A DNA stretch of 64,000 bases. It comes from Octopus sinensis (taxonomy: Eukaryota). The DNA lies in assembly GCF_006345805.1 (NCBI RefSeq), contig NC_042999.1:1922001-1986000 (forward strand), written 5' to 3'. Every line of letters begins with the position of its first letter. Position 1 is the first letter of the stretch. Both the position numbers and the translations under genes were made by a program. Below, one piece after another: positions 11,198 to 22,906 of the stretch. Below the pieces are notes generated by a model. That model had not been told where the DNA came from. It saw only the letters and a program-made list of their open reading frames with translations, and did not search any database.

Positions 11198-11469
11198 GGT
11201 ACTACTTGAGAACAGTGGTCCGGTGCGCGCACTCGCGTACTCGTGCACCCGCGCTAACTAGTCGTGACTAGTCGATCCTACAACGACTACCTAGCAAAGT
11301 AAATAAAACACAAATTAAATAATTTTTTTACACAAAGTAAATAATTTTTATTAAACAAAGTAAACAAAACACAAAAACACAAAGTAAGGATCGACTAGTC
11401 ATGACTAGCTAGCGCGGATGCGCGGGTACGCGAGTGTGCGCACCGGGACCACTGTTCTTAAATAGTACT
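11198..11469 (+). mobile_element. CpG-rich MITE, copy 2
   Basis: Same TIRs as copy 1; flanked by a 9-bp near-perfect direct repeat cagaaaaat (11189-11197) / cagaagaat (11470-11478). Confidence 0.85.
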
Positions 11470-12120
11470 CAGAAGAATATCAATTCAACTTTTAGACTGA
11501 ATCATACATAGTCTTGTCTTCTAAATTTTGGCTCCAATTGATAATCTGGAGCATGGAAAAGCTTAGAATGAACTTTAAAGGCTACCGTTTACGAGAACAA
11601 GGACACAGACCATTGAACGCGAGCCAGTTTGTTTTGTAGTATTTAAATCTACAAATATGGTTTCAAATTTTAGGGGAGCGGCTAAGTTCACTATATCAGC
11701 CCAAGGGTAAAAGGTAAACTCGGCCTTTGGTTTGAATTCAGAACGTAATTAGTCGGAAGAAATTGCGCTAAGCATTTTGTCCGACGCACTCACGATTCTG
11801 CCAGCTCGCTGCCCTTTTTAAATTTACAAAAATTGGTTTCAGATTTGCCACAAGTCCAGCAGTTCCAGGAGAGAGGGATAGTACTTAAGTAGTACTTATT
11901 TTATCGACGCCTAAGAGATGAAATGCAAAGTTAACCCCGAACGTAAGGTCAGACGAAATGCAGCTAAACATTTTTGTCCGATGTACTCAAATATTCTGTC
12001 AGCTCGCCGCCTTATCTAAAACAACAAATATACTATTCCAAATAAATGTAATGACAGGCAAATGTGAGGAATTCCACTCTTTATTGAAACTTTGAATCAA
12101 TAACATTGAATATTCAATGA

Positions 12121-12172
12121 TTAACCAACAGGAAAAGGTTTTAGAGCAGAAACGTCCAAATGGTTGCTTTGC
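12121..12172 (-). CDS. Putative terminal coding exon of the unidentified minus-strand gene (QSNHLDVSALKPFPVG-stop)
   Basis: Acceptor taatctatttgcag|G, phase-compatible with the donor at 14101; TAA stop; AATAAA at 12080-12085 (minus). An alternative acceptor near 12227 is also possible. Confidence 0.35.
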
Positions 12173-12500
12173 CTGCAAATAGATTAACCTTTTCATTAAA
12201 AAGATCCTTACGGAGTTCGTTTTTATTCTCAAAAGTGGAAAAGGTTTCTTAAGTATAAGTATTTAGTTAAATATTATATTAAACCCTATTTAATTCTTTT
12301 TATTGAAAAGAATTAAACATGGTTGGGATCGAACCTTGCTCCACATTACATAAATCCTTCAAAGTGACAAAAAGGAAATAATAAAATCACCCCTTTTAAG
12401 TGTTTTGAAGAAAATAATATTGTTCTGTCAAATATTATGATTATTAAATTACTGGCTTATTTTCAACTCTTATAATTAACAAAAGGAATATTTAAAAAAT

Positions 12501-12551
<51 letters not shown>

Positions 12552-12586
12552 ATGCATAATATTTGAAAGCAGAAGGTACAAAACAA

Positions 12587-12596
12587 CCGCCATTTT
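12587..12596 (+). promoter_or_regulatory. YY1-like motif upstream of the tetraspanin start
   Basis: ccgccatttt matches the YY1 consensus CCGCCATNTT, ending 22 nt before the ATG and just downstream of a (TA)n tract. Confidence 0.35.
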
Positions 12597-12618
12597 GAAA
12601 CAGAATTGCCTTCTAAAC

Positions 12619-13296
12619 ATGGCGTTGACATATCGAGCTAAAGTTGTAAAATATATCCTGTTATGTTTGAATAGCTTTCTTTTCTTTGTAGGTTTGTCTG
12701 GCATCGTTACCTGTTATTGTACCAATCGCAATAAAGAAGTGGTCTTTGAAAATATAAACAAATTAAATCCGACTGATAACCAATTTCACGACTACAGATT
12801 AACAGCCAGTGCTTATCTTCTGGTTTCTTCTACTTTGATAATGCTAACTTTGACCATCTTGGGCTATTGCGGAACGTTGAAGGAACTGAAGTTCTTGCTT
12901 GTTGTCTACGTTTTCTCCATGGCATTTATTTTGGCAATTGAGTTATCTGCTTTTCTGTTAAATGTCATCACTATGTCAACAATCGAATATTCCATGAAAG
13001 ACACTTTGGAAAACATAATAAAAAATGCGACATTGAATAATACTTTGAAAGAGCAAATTAAAATGTTCCAGAACTTAACAAAATGTTGCGCCATTAGTCA
13101 CAGAGATAAGGAATTGAATTCTACCGCAAATTGCGATGTCTACACACAAGACTGTTACGAAAAAATTTCGTATATCCTAACTGAAAATGACGCAGTTGTT
13201 TCAACCTTTTCTTTCCTAATTTTTACCATTCAATGTGCTCTAATGGTATTAGCCTACGTTTTTCTAAGTTCCATAAGCATTCGCCAAGGACACTAA
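12619..13296 (+). CDS. Intronless divergent tetraspanin, 225 aa
   Basis: ATG in aaacATGG context. TM1 KYILLCLNSFLFFVG; TM2 ending LGYCGTLKE; TM3 with the polar E; large loop with KCCA...C...DCY; TM4 with Q. The supplied ORF from 12499 is extended by (TA)n. Confidence 0.92.
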   Translation: MALTYRAKVVKYILLCLNSFLFFVGLSGIVTCYCTNRNKEVVFENINKLNPTDNQFHDYRLTASAYLLVSSTLIMLTLTILGYCGTLKELKFLLVVYVFSMAFILAIELSAFLLNVITMSTIEYSMKDTLENIIKNATLNNTLKEQIKMFQNLTKCCAISHRDKELNSTANCDVYTQDCYEKISYILTENDAVVSTFSFLIFTIQCALMVLAYVFLSSISIRQGH

Positions 13297-13505
13297 AACA
13301 GCATTCGAAGTGTGTTTTGTGTGTGTGGGGGGGGGGCTTCCCTGGTCATTATGTCTAAATTCGATTAACAAATAATTGGATTCTTCTTCAAAGCGTACCT
13401 CTTAAGATATATTTGTCATTGTACTATAAAATTCTTAAGTTTTTTCCATTAAATGGTTACGATTTGCAATTGTTTATTAGGTCCTGATTGAGGATAAATA
13501 AACGG

Positions 13506-14058
13506 AACAATTGCAGCGTGGAAGGTGTTTATAAGCCATTTAAGAAACTCACAAAAACCGTTAGATTCACTTTTTTTTCCTTTTACTTGTTTCAGTCATT
13601 TGACTGCGGCCATGCTGGAGCACCGCCTTTAGTCGAGCAAATCGACCCCGGGACTTATTCTTTGTAAGCACAGTACTTATTCTATCGGTCTCTTTTGCCG
13701 AACCGCTAAGTGACGGGGACATAAACACACCAGCATCGGTTGTCAAGCAATGCCAGGGGGACAAACACAGACACACAAACACACACAAATACATATATAT
13801 ATACATATATACGACAGGCTTCTTTCAGTTTCCGTCTACCAAATCCACTCACAAGGCATTGGTCGGCCCGAGGCTATAGCAGAAGACACTTGCCCAAGAT
13901 GCCACGCAGTGGGACTGAACCCGGAACCATGTGGTTGGTTAGCAAGCTACTTACTACACAGCCACTGCTGCGCCTCAACATTTAAATTTAATTTGTCAAA
14001 ATATTTTCGTCGCTTTGAGACCGTGACCTGTTCACTGTGACAAAAAAACCGTGCTGCA
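13506..14058 (+). mobile_element. Second copy of the 4601 MITE family, split by a SINE
   Basis: aacaattgcagcgtggaaggtg...gattcactt | family A SINE | caacatttaaatttaatttgtc...gtgctgca. Confidence 0.85.
13579..13974 (-). mobile_element. SINE family A, full length
   Basis: Head gtggctgtgtagtaagtagc, CORE-like ttgggcaagtgtctt, 3' end gtcaaatgactgaaacaagtaaaagg. Confidence 0.9.
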
Positions 14059-14100
14059 TTATTGGTGATAATGAAAGAAATATGTAATCAATCTACTCAC

Positions 14101-14188
14101 CTTTCTGCAAAGATTTCTTTCTGAGTAATTTCCCGAAGCAATGAATAGAAATTCTGGAAGTTTTGCTTCACAATAAATCCATACATTT
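14101..14188 (-). CDS. Putative internal exon of the minus-strand gene (5' boundary uncertain: 14188 or 14282)
   Basis: Perfect donor AAG|GTGAGT at 14101. The short version reads (E)MYGFIVKQNFQNFYSLLREITQKEIFAE, phase 1 to 2. The long version from cattcag|G (14282) uses a different frame and has one in-frame TGA. Confidence 0.45.
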
Positions 14189-14292
14189 CTCAATACATCG
14201 ATTCATCGACGTGGGACCATTTCGTGTCGCCCGATAATCCAGTCACATACTTTGGCTGTGTTTTGATACGGGACCAACAGGCCTGAATGTGG

Positions 14293-14535
14293 GGTACTAC
14301 TTAAGAACAGTGGTCCCGGTGCGCGCACTCGCGTACTCGCGCATCCGCGCTAGCTAGTCGTGACTAGTCGATCCTTTGTGTTTTTGTGTTATTTACTTTG
14401 TTTAAAAAATTATTTACTTTGTGTTTTTGTGTTTTATTTATTTTGCTAGGTAGTCGTTGTAGGATCGAATAGTCACGACTAGCTACCGCGAGTACGCGAG
14501 TGCGCGCAACGGGACCACTGTTTTCAAGTAGTACC
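14293..14535 (-). mobile_element. CpG-rich MITE, copy 3 (inverted relative to copies 1 and 2)
   Basis: Same TIRs; the spacer aggtagtcgttgtaggatcg is the reverse complement of the spacer in copies 1 and 2. Confidence 0.85.
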
Positions 14536-14545
14536 CAATTTACCT

Positions 14546-14952
14546 ATTTCTTTATTACCCACAAGGGGCTAAACACAGAGAGGACAAACAAGGACAGACG
14601 ACCGGATTAAGTCGACCCCAGTGCGTAACTGATACTTATTTAATCGACCCCGAAAGGATGAAAGGCAAAGTCGACTCCGGCGGAATTTGAACTCAGAACG
14701 TGACGGCAGACGAAATACCTATTTCTTTACTACTCACAAGGGGCTAACCACAGAGAGGACAAAAAAGATAGACAAAGGGATTAAGTCGATTATATCGGCT
14801 CCAGTGCGTAACTGGTACTTATTTCATCGACCCCGAAAGGATGAAAGGCAAAGTCGACCTCGGCGGAATTTGAACTCAGAACGTAGCGGCAGACAAAATA
14901 CTGCTAAGCATTTCGCCCGACGTGCTAACCATTCTGCCAGCTCGCCGCCTTC
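14546..14952 (-). mobile_element. SINE family B dimer inserted at the right end of MITE copy 3
   Basis: 22-bp TSD tcaagtagtacccaatttacct (14524-14545) / tcaagtggtacccgatttacct (14953-14974). Confidence 0.9.
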
Positions 14953-15016
14953 TCAAGTGGTACCCGATTTACCTCTCAGCGAAATTGCTGGCGCTGTGCC
15001 AAAATTTGAAACCATT

Positions 15017-15424
15017 ACTCTTTACTCTTTTACTTGTTTCAGTCATTTGACTGCGGCCATGCTGGAGCACCGCCTTTAGTCGAGCAAATTGACCCCAGGT
15101 CTTATTCTTTGTAAGCCCAGTACTTATTCTATCGGTCTCTTTTGCCGAACCGCTAAGTGACGGGGACGTAAACACACCAGCATCGGTTGTCAAGCAATGC
15201 TAGGGGGACAAACACAGACTCACAAACACACACACACACATATATATATATACATATATACGACAAGCTTCTTTCAGTTTCCGTCTACCAAATCCACTCA
15301 CAAGGCAATGGTCGGCCCGGGGCTATAGCAGAAGACACATGCCCAAGATGCCACGCAGTGGGGACTGAACCCGGAACCATGTGGTTGGTTAGCAAGCTAC
15401 TTACCACACAGCCACTCTTGCGCC
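15017..15424 (-). mobile_element. SINE family A, full length
   Basis: Near-identical to 13579-13974. Confidence 0.9.
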
Positions 15425-16177
15425 ATTCTTATGTTTCTGTTTTTGAAATCTCAAAGACGAAAGCCGGTGCTATTTCTTTCCCAAATACGTTACACTTCTT
15501 TCACACACCACGAAAAGCTCCACAGACAGCAAACAATTTGGTGTGAATTGGAAGTCGGAAAAACGAAATCTCCAGCTGAGTTCTGTAATATTACTGCAAC
15601 TGTTCTTTTTTTTTTTTAAATCGAAGTTGTTAACACAAAAAGAACAACCAAAAACCCCAACACAATTTGTATTCATTGCTTCCTGACTGCTCAATCAACT
15701 TTTATGTTTTTGATGAGTTGCAATGTCTGTCAACAGTGACATGAAAAAATTAAACAAAAAAAAAAGCCATAATTATTTTGCTGTGTTTGTGTGTCTTGAC
15801 AAGTTTAATTAAGTAAAATGTACAAGGAAACCATATGTTTCTTTCCTTTTGTTTGTTTATTTTCCCGTTTTTGAATTTGTCATACTTTTGCCTTATTTTT
15901 TTTGTTGTTAATTCTTTTTGGCTTTTATCTATCACTTCATTGGAATAGACAATTTTAATTACCCAATCTTCGTTATAGCTAGAATAGCTAAAGCTGTTAG
16001 AAAATAAGTTGACAACGGCTAAGAAACGTGAAATATTAGGAAAAAATATTTTCTTTTTAAATATTACATTTAAAATTAAATATTTTGAATACGTTTTGAA
16101 AAGAATTTCATCATAGTGTAAAAGGTTTTACTTTCTTCCTTGTTAGCAACAGTACAAATCGGTATTTCCTATATTAA

Positions 16178-16581
16178 GGCGGCGAGCTGGTAGAAACGTT
16201 AGCACACCGGGCGAAATGCTTACCGGTATTTCGTCTGCCACTACGTTCTGAGTTCAAATTCCGCCGAGGTCGACTTTGCCTTTCATCCTTTCGGGGTCGA
16301 TTGAATAAGTACCAGTTACGCACTGGAGTCGATATAATCGACTTAATCCGTTCGTCTGTCCTTGTTTGTCCCCTCTGTGTTTAGCCCCTTGTGGGTAGTA
16401 AAGAAATAGGTATTTCGTCTGCCGTTACGTTCCGAGTTCAAATTCCGTCGACATTGCCTTTCATCCTTTCGGGGTCGATAAATAAAGTACCAGTTACGTA
16501 CTTAATGTGATTGACTTAATCCCTTTGTCTGTCCTTGTTTGTCCCCTCTATGTTTAGCCCCTTGTGGGCAATAAAGAAATA
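16178..16581 (+). mobile_element. SINE family B dimer
   Basis: 15-bp TSD ggtatttcctatatt (16161-16175 / 16582-16596). Confidence 0.9.
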
Positions 16582-17399
16582 GGTATTTCCTATATTCGAT
16601 AGCCAGGTTTTATTTATTTATTTTTTTTACTTAATAAAGGATTAGCAAATAAACTGTTACACTCATGAATCTGGTGTAATACCTGATCAGATTAACGCAC
16701 TTTGATAGCTCACTCTACCCCATGGGGAACGAAAAGGGCTTGGAATTTAGTGATTGTTTCCTCCCATGAAAGAACTTTTTATCCAAGGCATTTCGTTTAA
16801 CCCATAAAGCGCTGGGATTTGGCACTTACATAGCATGGACTGCCCCACCCCCTCCCTCAAAATTTCGGGCCGTGTGCCTCGAGTAGAAAAGAATATTTAA
16901 GACGACGAGCTGGCAGGATCGTTAGCACGACGATTGAAATTCTCAGCGATATTTTGTCCGGCTTGACGTCCTGAGTTCAAATTCCGCCATGGTCGACTTT
17001 GCCTTTAATCCTTTTAGGGTCGATAAAATAAGTACCAGTTGAACACTTGCCCGCTCCCTGAAATTGCTGGCGTTGTGCCAAAATTTGAAGTCAATATTTA
17101 CAATATTTCGGTTAATGTGCTCAATTCCCAACTTCCTTCGGGCACCCTGAGCAATTGGTGATGTTCTCAGAATTTGGAGCTGAACTTTTTATTAAATCCT
17201 GAGAAATTATTCTCATTCCTTTACATTCTCTTTAGTCACTACTGTATATTTGCAATGCAACTAGCTTCTAATACTAATTTCAAATTTTGGCATAATGCCA
17301 ACAAGTCTGTGAGAAGGGCCCAGTAGATTACATCGACCCCTGTGTCCAACTGGTACTAATTTTATCGATCCCGAAAGTACGAATGGTAAAGTAGTCCCA

Positions 17400-17800
17400 C
17401 CTATGTTTAAAGCTGTGTTTTTGGCAGTAGTTATTCTTAGTGATGCTGAGGTGTAGCGTTTGGAGTGAGGGCTTGAATTAGTTGAGAGTTACTCATGTTT
17501 GAGAATGAGTGATGATGTTTGTATTTATTATTATATTTTGTTTTGCAGTTGAATGAGATAAGATTAGCGTGGTCCATGATTACGAAGAAGATTAGAGAGC
17601 CAAAGCATTCAGAAAATATAGCAAGGGCAATGTGTACTCGGTGGAAGAAAGATTGAATAGGCCTTTGTGTTATTGGATTCTGTGTAGAACAAAGAGTAGA
17701 GACTTGCATATTGAGAACGTTGGACAATTAAGTAGTTTAGGGAATATAGAGAGCATATACACCACTAAGAGAATCACATCTCTTTAGTGAGTAAATGTGT
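17400..17800 (-). pseudogene. Decayed CR1/L2-type LINE 3' fragment
   Basis: Remnant QRSQYASLYSLFY resembles the HRRNVASLSLFY motif, and IQSFF.R resembles the SFFPRT motif. Confidence 0.4.
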
Positions 17801-18044
17801 GTTTGGATAGATGGACATGAGGAAAGTAGACAGAAATATGGATGGAGTGATAGATGGGTGAATGGGTAGACGGAGAGAAGGATAGCAAGAAAGATGGATA
17901 AGAAAATGGACAGATGGGTGGATAGAAAGTCGGGAAGCTGAATAGCTGGAAAGATATGAATGTTTAGTTAGCGTGCAAGGTAGCTAGAGAGATAGTATGC
18001 AGGATTTCTTAGGTATCGATTTTGTCTAATACAGTAAGAATTAC

Positions 18045-18263
18045 CAAGGTTTAATGCCTGTGCTTTGCGAGATTTGTCTTTAATTCTTCTGGCAGTCAAT
18101 AGAATAAGTTCCTGGGACAAAGGATAATAAGTGTCAGGTAATGGATTAATGTTACTGACTGCATGTTTAATTACTGAAATCTTAGTAATTGCAAGTGCAC
18201 CCACCCCTAAACGAATCATAACTTTGCATTGATCTGGTTGAATATTTTCCACTCTGACTAACA
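18045..18263 (-). CDS. Internal coding exon (219 nt, phase 1-1) of an unidentified gene
   Basis: Acceptor atttcttttgctgttgatgtctcag|TG; donor CTTG|gtaatt; open frame LVRVENIQPDQCKVMIRLGVGALAITKISVIKHAVSNINPLPDTYYPLSQELILLTARRIKDKSRKAQALNL; non-repetitive sequence. Confidence 0.6.
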
Positions 18264-18611
18264 CTGAGACATCAACAGCAAAAGAAATATCAAGATACCA
18301 CAAATATTTGCTTTAAAAAACTCTGTTTCGTGTGTTACTATGGATAAATGAATTAAAATGTTGTTTATAATATTCGAAATATTGAGAATTTAAAAGCAAT
18401 CCCTCCGAATAGAAAATAATTTATCATTTAATGTCCACAATCATTGTTGGCATGGGTTGTACGGTCTGACAGGATCTGACGAGTTAGCAGACTGCATCAG
18501 GTCTTGATATCTGCTTTGGAATGGCTTCTATGGCTGGATGTCCCCCTCCTAACACAAACCACTTTACAGAGTGTACTGGATGCTATTTTATGCCATGACA
18601 CTGTCGCGGTA

Positions 18612-18989
18612 GCTAGATAGTTGAATGATATCCCTTGCAAAAAAGATTATAGAGTAACCTCCCTTTTCTAAGTTTCTCGAAGCATCTGTGTCATGAGACG
18701 TGATTCTTAATTATTTAAGAAGCTTAGCGTTTCTCTTGGAAGTTTCTAGAAAGTCCAGCGTTCCATTAATAAATACAGCTTACTAACCCTGCTCTTCGCT
18801 TCTTAGTCAATTAGACTTAGAGCCATTCACGTCATTGTTATGTCCGTCTATTTCTGTATGCCACATGACTGTAAACCACCACTTAGCTGTTATTTCTACA
18901 TTTTCTATCTCTGAACTTTCTTGCATAGATTACTTCATTCAACTAGATTCTACCCTTTGATTCTATGTATCATCATCATCCAGTAAATA
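18612..18989 (+). mobile_element. Truncated RTE 3' UTR copy with (ATC)n tail
   Basis: Roughly 90 percent identical by eye to 36632-37009, which follows an RTE ORF2 remnant. Confidence 0.65.
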
Positions 18990-19243
18990 GGTAGTTCAGA
19001 TAATTTCCTATAATCAACAATTGTTTTATTTACTAAAGGAATTTAGAGGACTCAGCCGTAAACAGGTAACCATGTGACACACTGATTTCTAGAGGAATGT
19101 TGGCCTGGTCACCTCATCAGCGGGATGGCATCATTCAAAAGCAAAAACTAATGCAGAGCGCATTGTGACCTATCACATACGATTCAATCGTGTGATATAA
19201 TAGCTGATAAAAATGTTTGTTAATTTCTCCAACCACACATTAT

Positions 19244-19284
<41 letters not shown>

Positions 19285-19329
19285 AGTAAAAGAGAGATAT
19301 AGAGTTAACAAGATACAGGAGGGGTGTTG

Positions 19330-19700
19330 TTTACTTGTTTCAGTCATTACACTGCAGCCATGCTGGGGCACTGCCTTGAAGAATCTTTAGTTGAATGTAT
19401 CGACCACAGGACTTACTTTTTAAGGCCTGTTACTTATTCTATCAGTCTCTTTTGTTGAACCACTAATTCATGGGAATGTAAACACACCAGCACCGGTTGT
19501 TGAACTGTGGTAGAAGGACACAGAAACATATTATAAATACAAAACAGGCTTCCTTTAGTTTCCGTCTTCCAAATCTGCTCTCAAGGCTTTGGTTGACCCA
19601 GGCCTAAAGTAGAAGACACTCGCTCAAGGTACCACACAGTAGGACTGAACCTAGAACCATGTTGTTGGGAAGCAAGCTTTTTACCACACAGCGACACCTG
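19330..19700 (-). mobile_element. SINE family A, diverged
   Basis: Same domain order as the other family A copies. Confidence 0.8.
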
Positions 19701-20715
19701 TGCTTATACACATTTTTTACGTTTTGGAATTTTGCAGTGATGTTGATTAAAAGAATAGATTACGTTTATGATGCTAACATTTACAGGTGATAAATGATAG
19801 AGTAGTTAGCTATAACCAACTGCTTCTATTCACTCCACCTCCATCTCCACAATTCTTTCTTTCTTCCTCTGTGCATAGCAGTCTTTACTCATTGTCTGCC
19901 CCTAAGCCTAATATATGCACTCTTCCTGTATCTCTTATGTTAACACGCCTTGAAATTCTTTTCTCTCTTCCCCTCACCCCATACAATATAAAGCATAACT
20001 GGAGAACTTGACCTACAAACATTTGTGTTGGCTATTATTAAAGATACGGAAGTGGTTCTCGAATTACGATTTCTGCTTAGTCATTTGTGAAAATTTTGAA
20101 ACATTAGTCAAAGAAAATTCTCGAATTAGCTTACTTTTTTTTTAAGTAGACGTCTGTTATTTTCTGTATCGTTTATGTATTTTCTCATTCTTTATTCTTT
20201 TCGTTTGTCTTTGGTAACTTGAAAATGGTTTTGAAGTTTTCGAAATGAATTCTTTCGATAACCTTGCTCTATAGACGCCCAGTCGAAGACATTTAGTAAC
20301 CTTTTTGGTTAAAGACAAAAGGAGAAAGTGTTTGAAGCTATTTTAATGCTTCAATAGAAAGTTCTCGCAGCAAAATTGTATATCAAAAATCACAAGAAAA
20401 TATTGATCCTTTCGCGCGTGTGTGTGTATGTGTGTAAATCGAGCATTTTTCAACGAGGAACTGACTTAAGTTCTGGAGTGGTGTCATACACTCCATGGCA
20501 AAATTGTATATATATATATATATTTCGTTTTTGAATTTGGTTTGCAAGATTCTTTATATGAGTTTGTGTGTTGAAACATATTCTGTTGTGTCTGGGGAGT
20601 GTCATTTTCTTTTTGTGCCTTATAATGTAACACACTCGCTGGTAAAATTTCCACTTATTTCTTATTTTTATTTTCCTAAAATTTTCGTTGCGTCTTGCAA
20701 CCTTTTCAATAGTGC

Positions 20716-20857
20716 TGGGCGTTAGGAAGGGCATCCAGCTGTAGAAACTCTGCCAGATCAAGATTGAAGCCTGTTGCAGCCATCTGGTTTGCCAGCCCTC
20801 AGTCATTTGACCAACCCATGCTAGCATGGAAAGCGAACGTTAAACGATGATGATGAT
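20716..20857 (+). mobile_element. Family C retroposon
   Basis: ggcgttaggaagggcatccagctgtagaaactctgcc...gatgatgatg. Confidence 0.85.
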
Positions 20858-21466
20858 ATATATAAAATACAAAAATGGAACAAGAACACAAAACATCCAG
20901 ACAGGTGAAACAAAAAAAGGGAAAAAAAATATCCAGACGATACAAGGAAAACAAGGACGGATCATTCGGAGTTTTTTCTATCATCAGTTGAGTTCCAGAT
21001 TATCTTTGTAATTTTGGCTGGTTATGCTCAAGATTGCTCCAATCTGGCCAGCCCCAAGGAAAAATAAGCTAAGAGCATTACGTTCCTTGGAAGAAAGCAG
21101 TGAATGTATACGAAAACAAGGACAGGAAAAAAACAGAAATGTTACACAAATACAAATAACAGGACATAACAACAGATGTCTTTTTACTAAGGACGAATTA
21201 AATCAAGCTGGCGTGTGTGGAAGTAAAGCTTTACGGCAGGGACATGAGGTTTACCAAGCACAGGAACGGACAGTAGTCATATATATATATAGAATCCAGA
21301 GAAGTCAGTCATATGTGTGCAAATTGGTTTTCTGTCAACAAGGAACTGAACTGCACCCTCTTTTCTGTCTTTCGAGGATTGTTTTGAATAATCTAATACA
21401 GTGTGGGTGACTTTTAGAACATATGATCTCCGAGACTTCATTTTGTTTGTCAACATTAAGGCTAGT

Positions 21467-21773
21467 GGAGGCACATGGCCTAGTGGTTAGAGCAGCGGAC
21501 TCGCAGTCGAGGGATTGCGGGTTCGAATCTCAGACTGGGCAATGTGTGTGTTTATGAGCGAAACACGTAAGCTCCACGCGGCTCCGGCAGAAGGTAATGG
21601 CGAAACTTCTGCTGACTCTTTCGCCACAGCTTTCTCCCACTCTTTCCTCCTGCATTTTGCAGCTCACCTGCGACGGATTGGCGTCCCGTCCAGGTGGGGA
21701 ACCTATATGCCAAGAAACCGGGAAACCGGCCCTTATGAGCCAGGCATGGCTCAAGAAGGTACAAACAACAAAA
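21467..21773 (+). mobile_element. tRNA-derived SINE (family D head, alternative tail)
   Basis: A box tggcctagtgg, B box gggttcgaatctc; tail shared with 45895-46140 (minus). Confidence 0.85.
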
Positions 21774-22516
21774 CATTAAAGCTTTGTGATTCCATTTACG
21801 CTGTATATTTATTGCAGCTGATTCTTACAATATTGGTAATTGATTCCTGTGACATTAAAAACTTGTCCGGGTCACACTACCATGTGTATGGAAACTGATT
21901 TATTTACCATTAGTTTGGGAGCGAGAATGTAAGAGGTTAAATGCATTGTAAAATGAAAGGAAAGATATGTTTCCTGTAATAGCAATAGGATTATGGGCCA
22001 GAAGAGTTAATGCAATGAATATGAGTCGAAGCTAATCCTTCATATATTTATTGTCACATTAGATATACAGTAATCCTTCACCATATCGCAGTTCACCTAT
22101 CGTGCACTCAGCCAGAAAAATCTGCGATGTACTAATATAGGCGGTGCTCCAGCATGGTCACAGTCAAATGACTGAAACAAGTAAAAGAGTAAAAGAGATA
22201 TGTAAAATTATATCACAGACTCCACAGTATATCGTGGACTCCTCTGTATATTGTGGGTTTCTGTGGCCAATAGGTATTTATATTTTTTAGATTTTAATTA
22301 CTTCTGTGGTAAAATAAGCATCTTCACGCTTAAAAATTAATAAATCAAAATAGAGTAGAGTACTGCACTGTATAACATTAATTAAAATATATTAAAAGAA
22401 AATACGTAGAGTTCCGTAGATGAGTAAACAAAGAATCACACATATTGTATGGAAAAGAAAACTTGGGGAGGCGAGTGTGTGGTGGTGTTTTGCATTTATA
22501 ATAAAATAAATATATA

Positions 22517-22906
22517 GGTGTAAGAGTGGCTGTGTGGTAAGTAGCTTGCTTACCAACCACATGGTTCCGGATTCAGTCCCACTGCGTGGCACCTTGGGTA
22601 AGTGTCTTCTACTATGGCCTCTGGCCGACTAAAGCCTTGTGAGTGGATTTGGTTGATGAAAACTGAAAGAAGCCCATCGTATATATATGTATGTATGTGT
22701 GTGTGTATGTTTGTGTGTCTGTGCTTGTCCCCCCAAACATCGCTGGTGTGTTTACGTCCCCGTAACTTAGCGGTTCGGCAAAATAGACCAATAGAATAAG
22801 TACTAGGCTTACAAAGAATAAGTCCTGGGGTCGATATGCTCGACTAAATGAGGTGCTCCAGCATGGCCACATTCAAATTACTGAAACAAGTAAAAGAGTA
22901 AAGAGA
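22517..22906 (+). mobile_element. SINE family A, full length
   Basis: Head, CORE-like segment, internal (TG)n, 3' gtaaaagag repeats. Confidence 0.9.

Noticed and set aside
12499-12618. N-terminal 40 aa of the predicted tetraspanin ORF (MFIYIYIY...)
   Set aside because: It is read through a (TA)n tract; tetraspanin homology and a better start context begin at 12619.
18612-18989. Roughly 370-bp duplication with 36632-37009 as a segmental duplication or lncRNA exon
   Set aside because: The second copy follows an RTE ORF2 end and both end in (ATC)n, so it is better explained as an RTE 3' UTR.
21467-21540. tRNA-like sequences (also 8429-8500, 37086, 10900-10976)
   Set aside because: They have A and B boxes but no complete cloverleaf and continue into repeat bodies, so they are SINE heads rather than tRNA genes.
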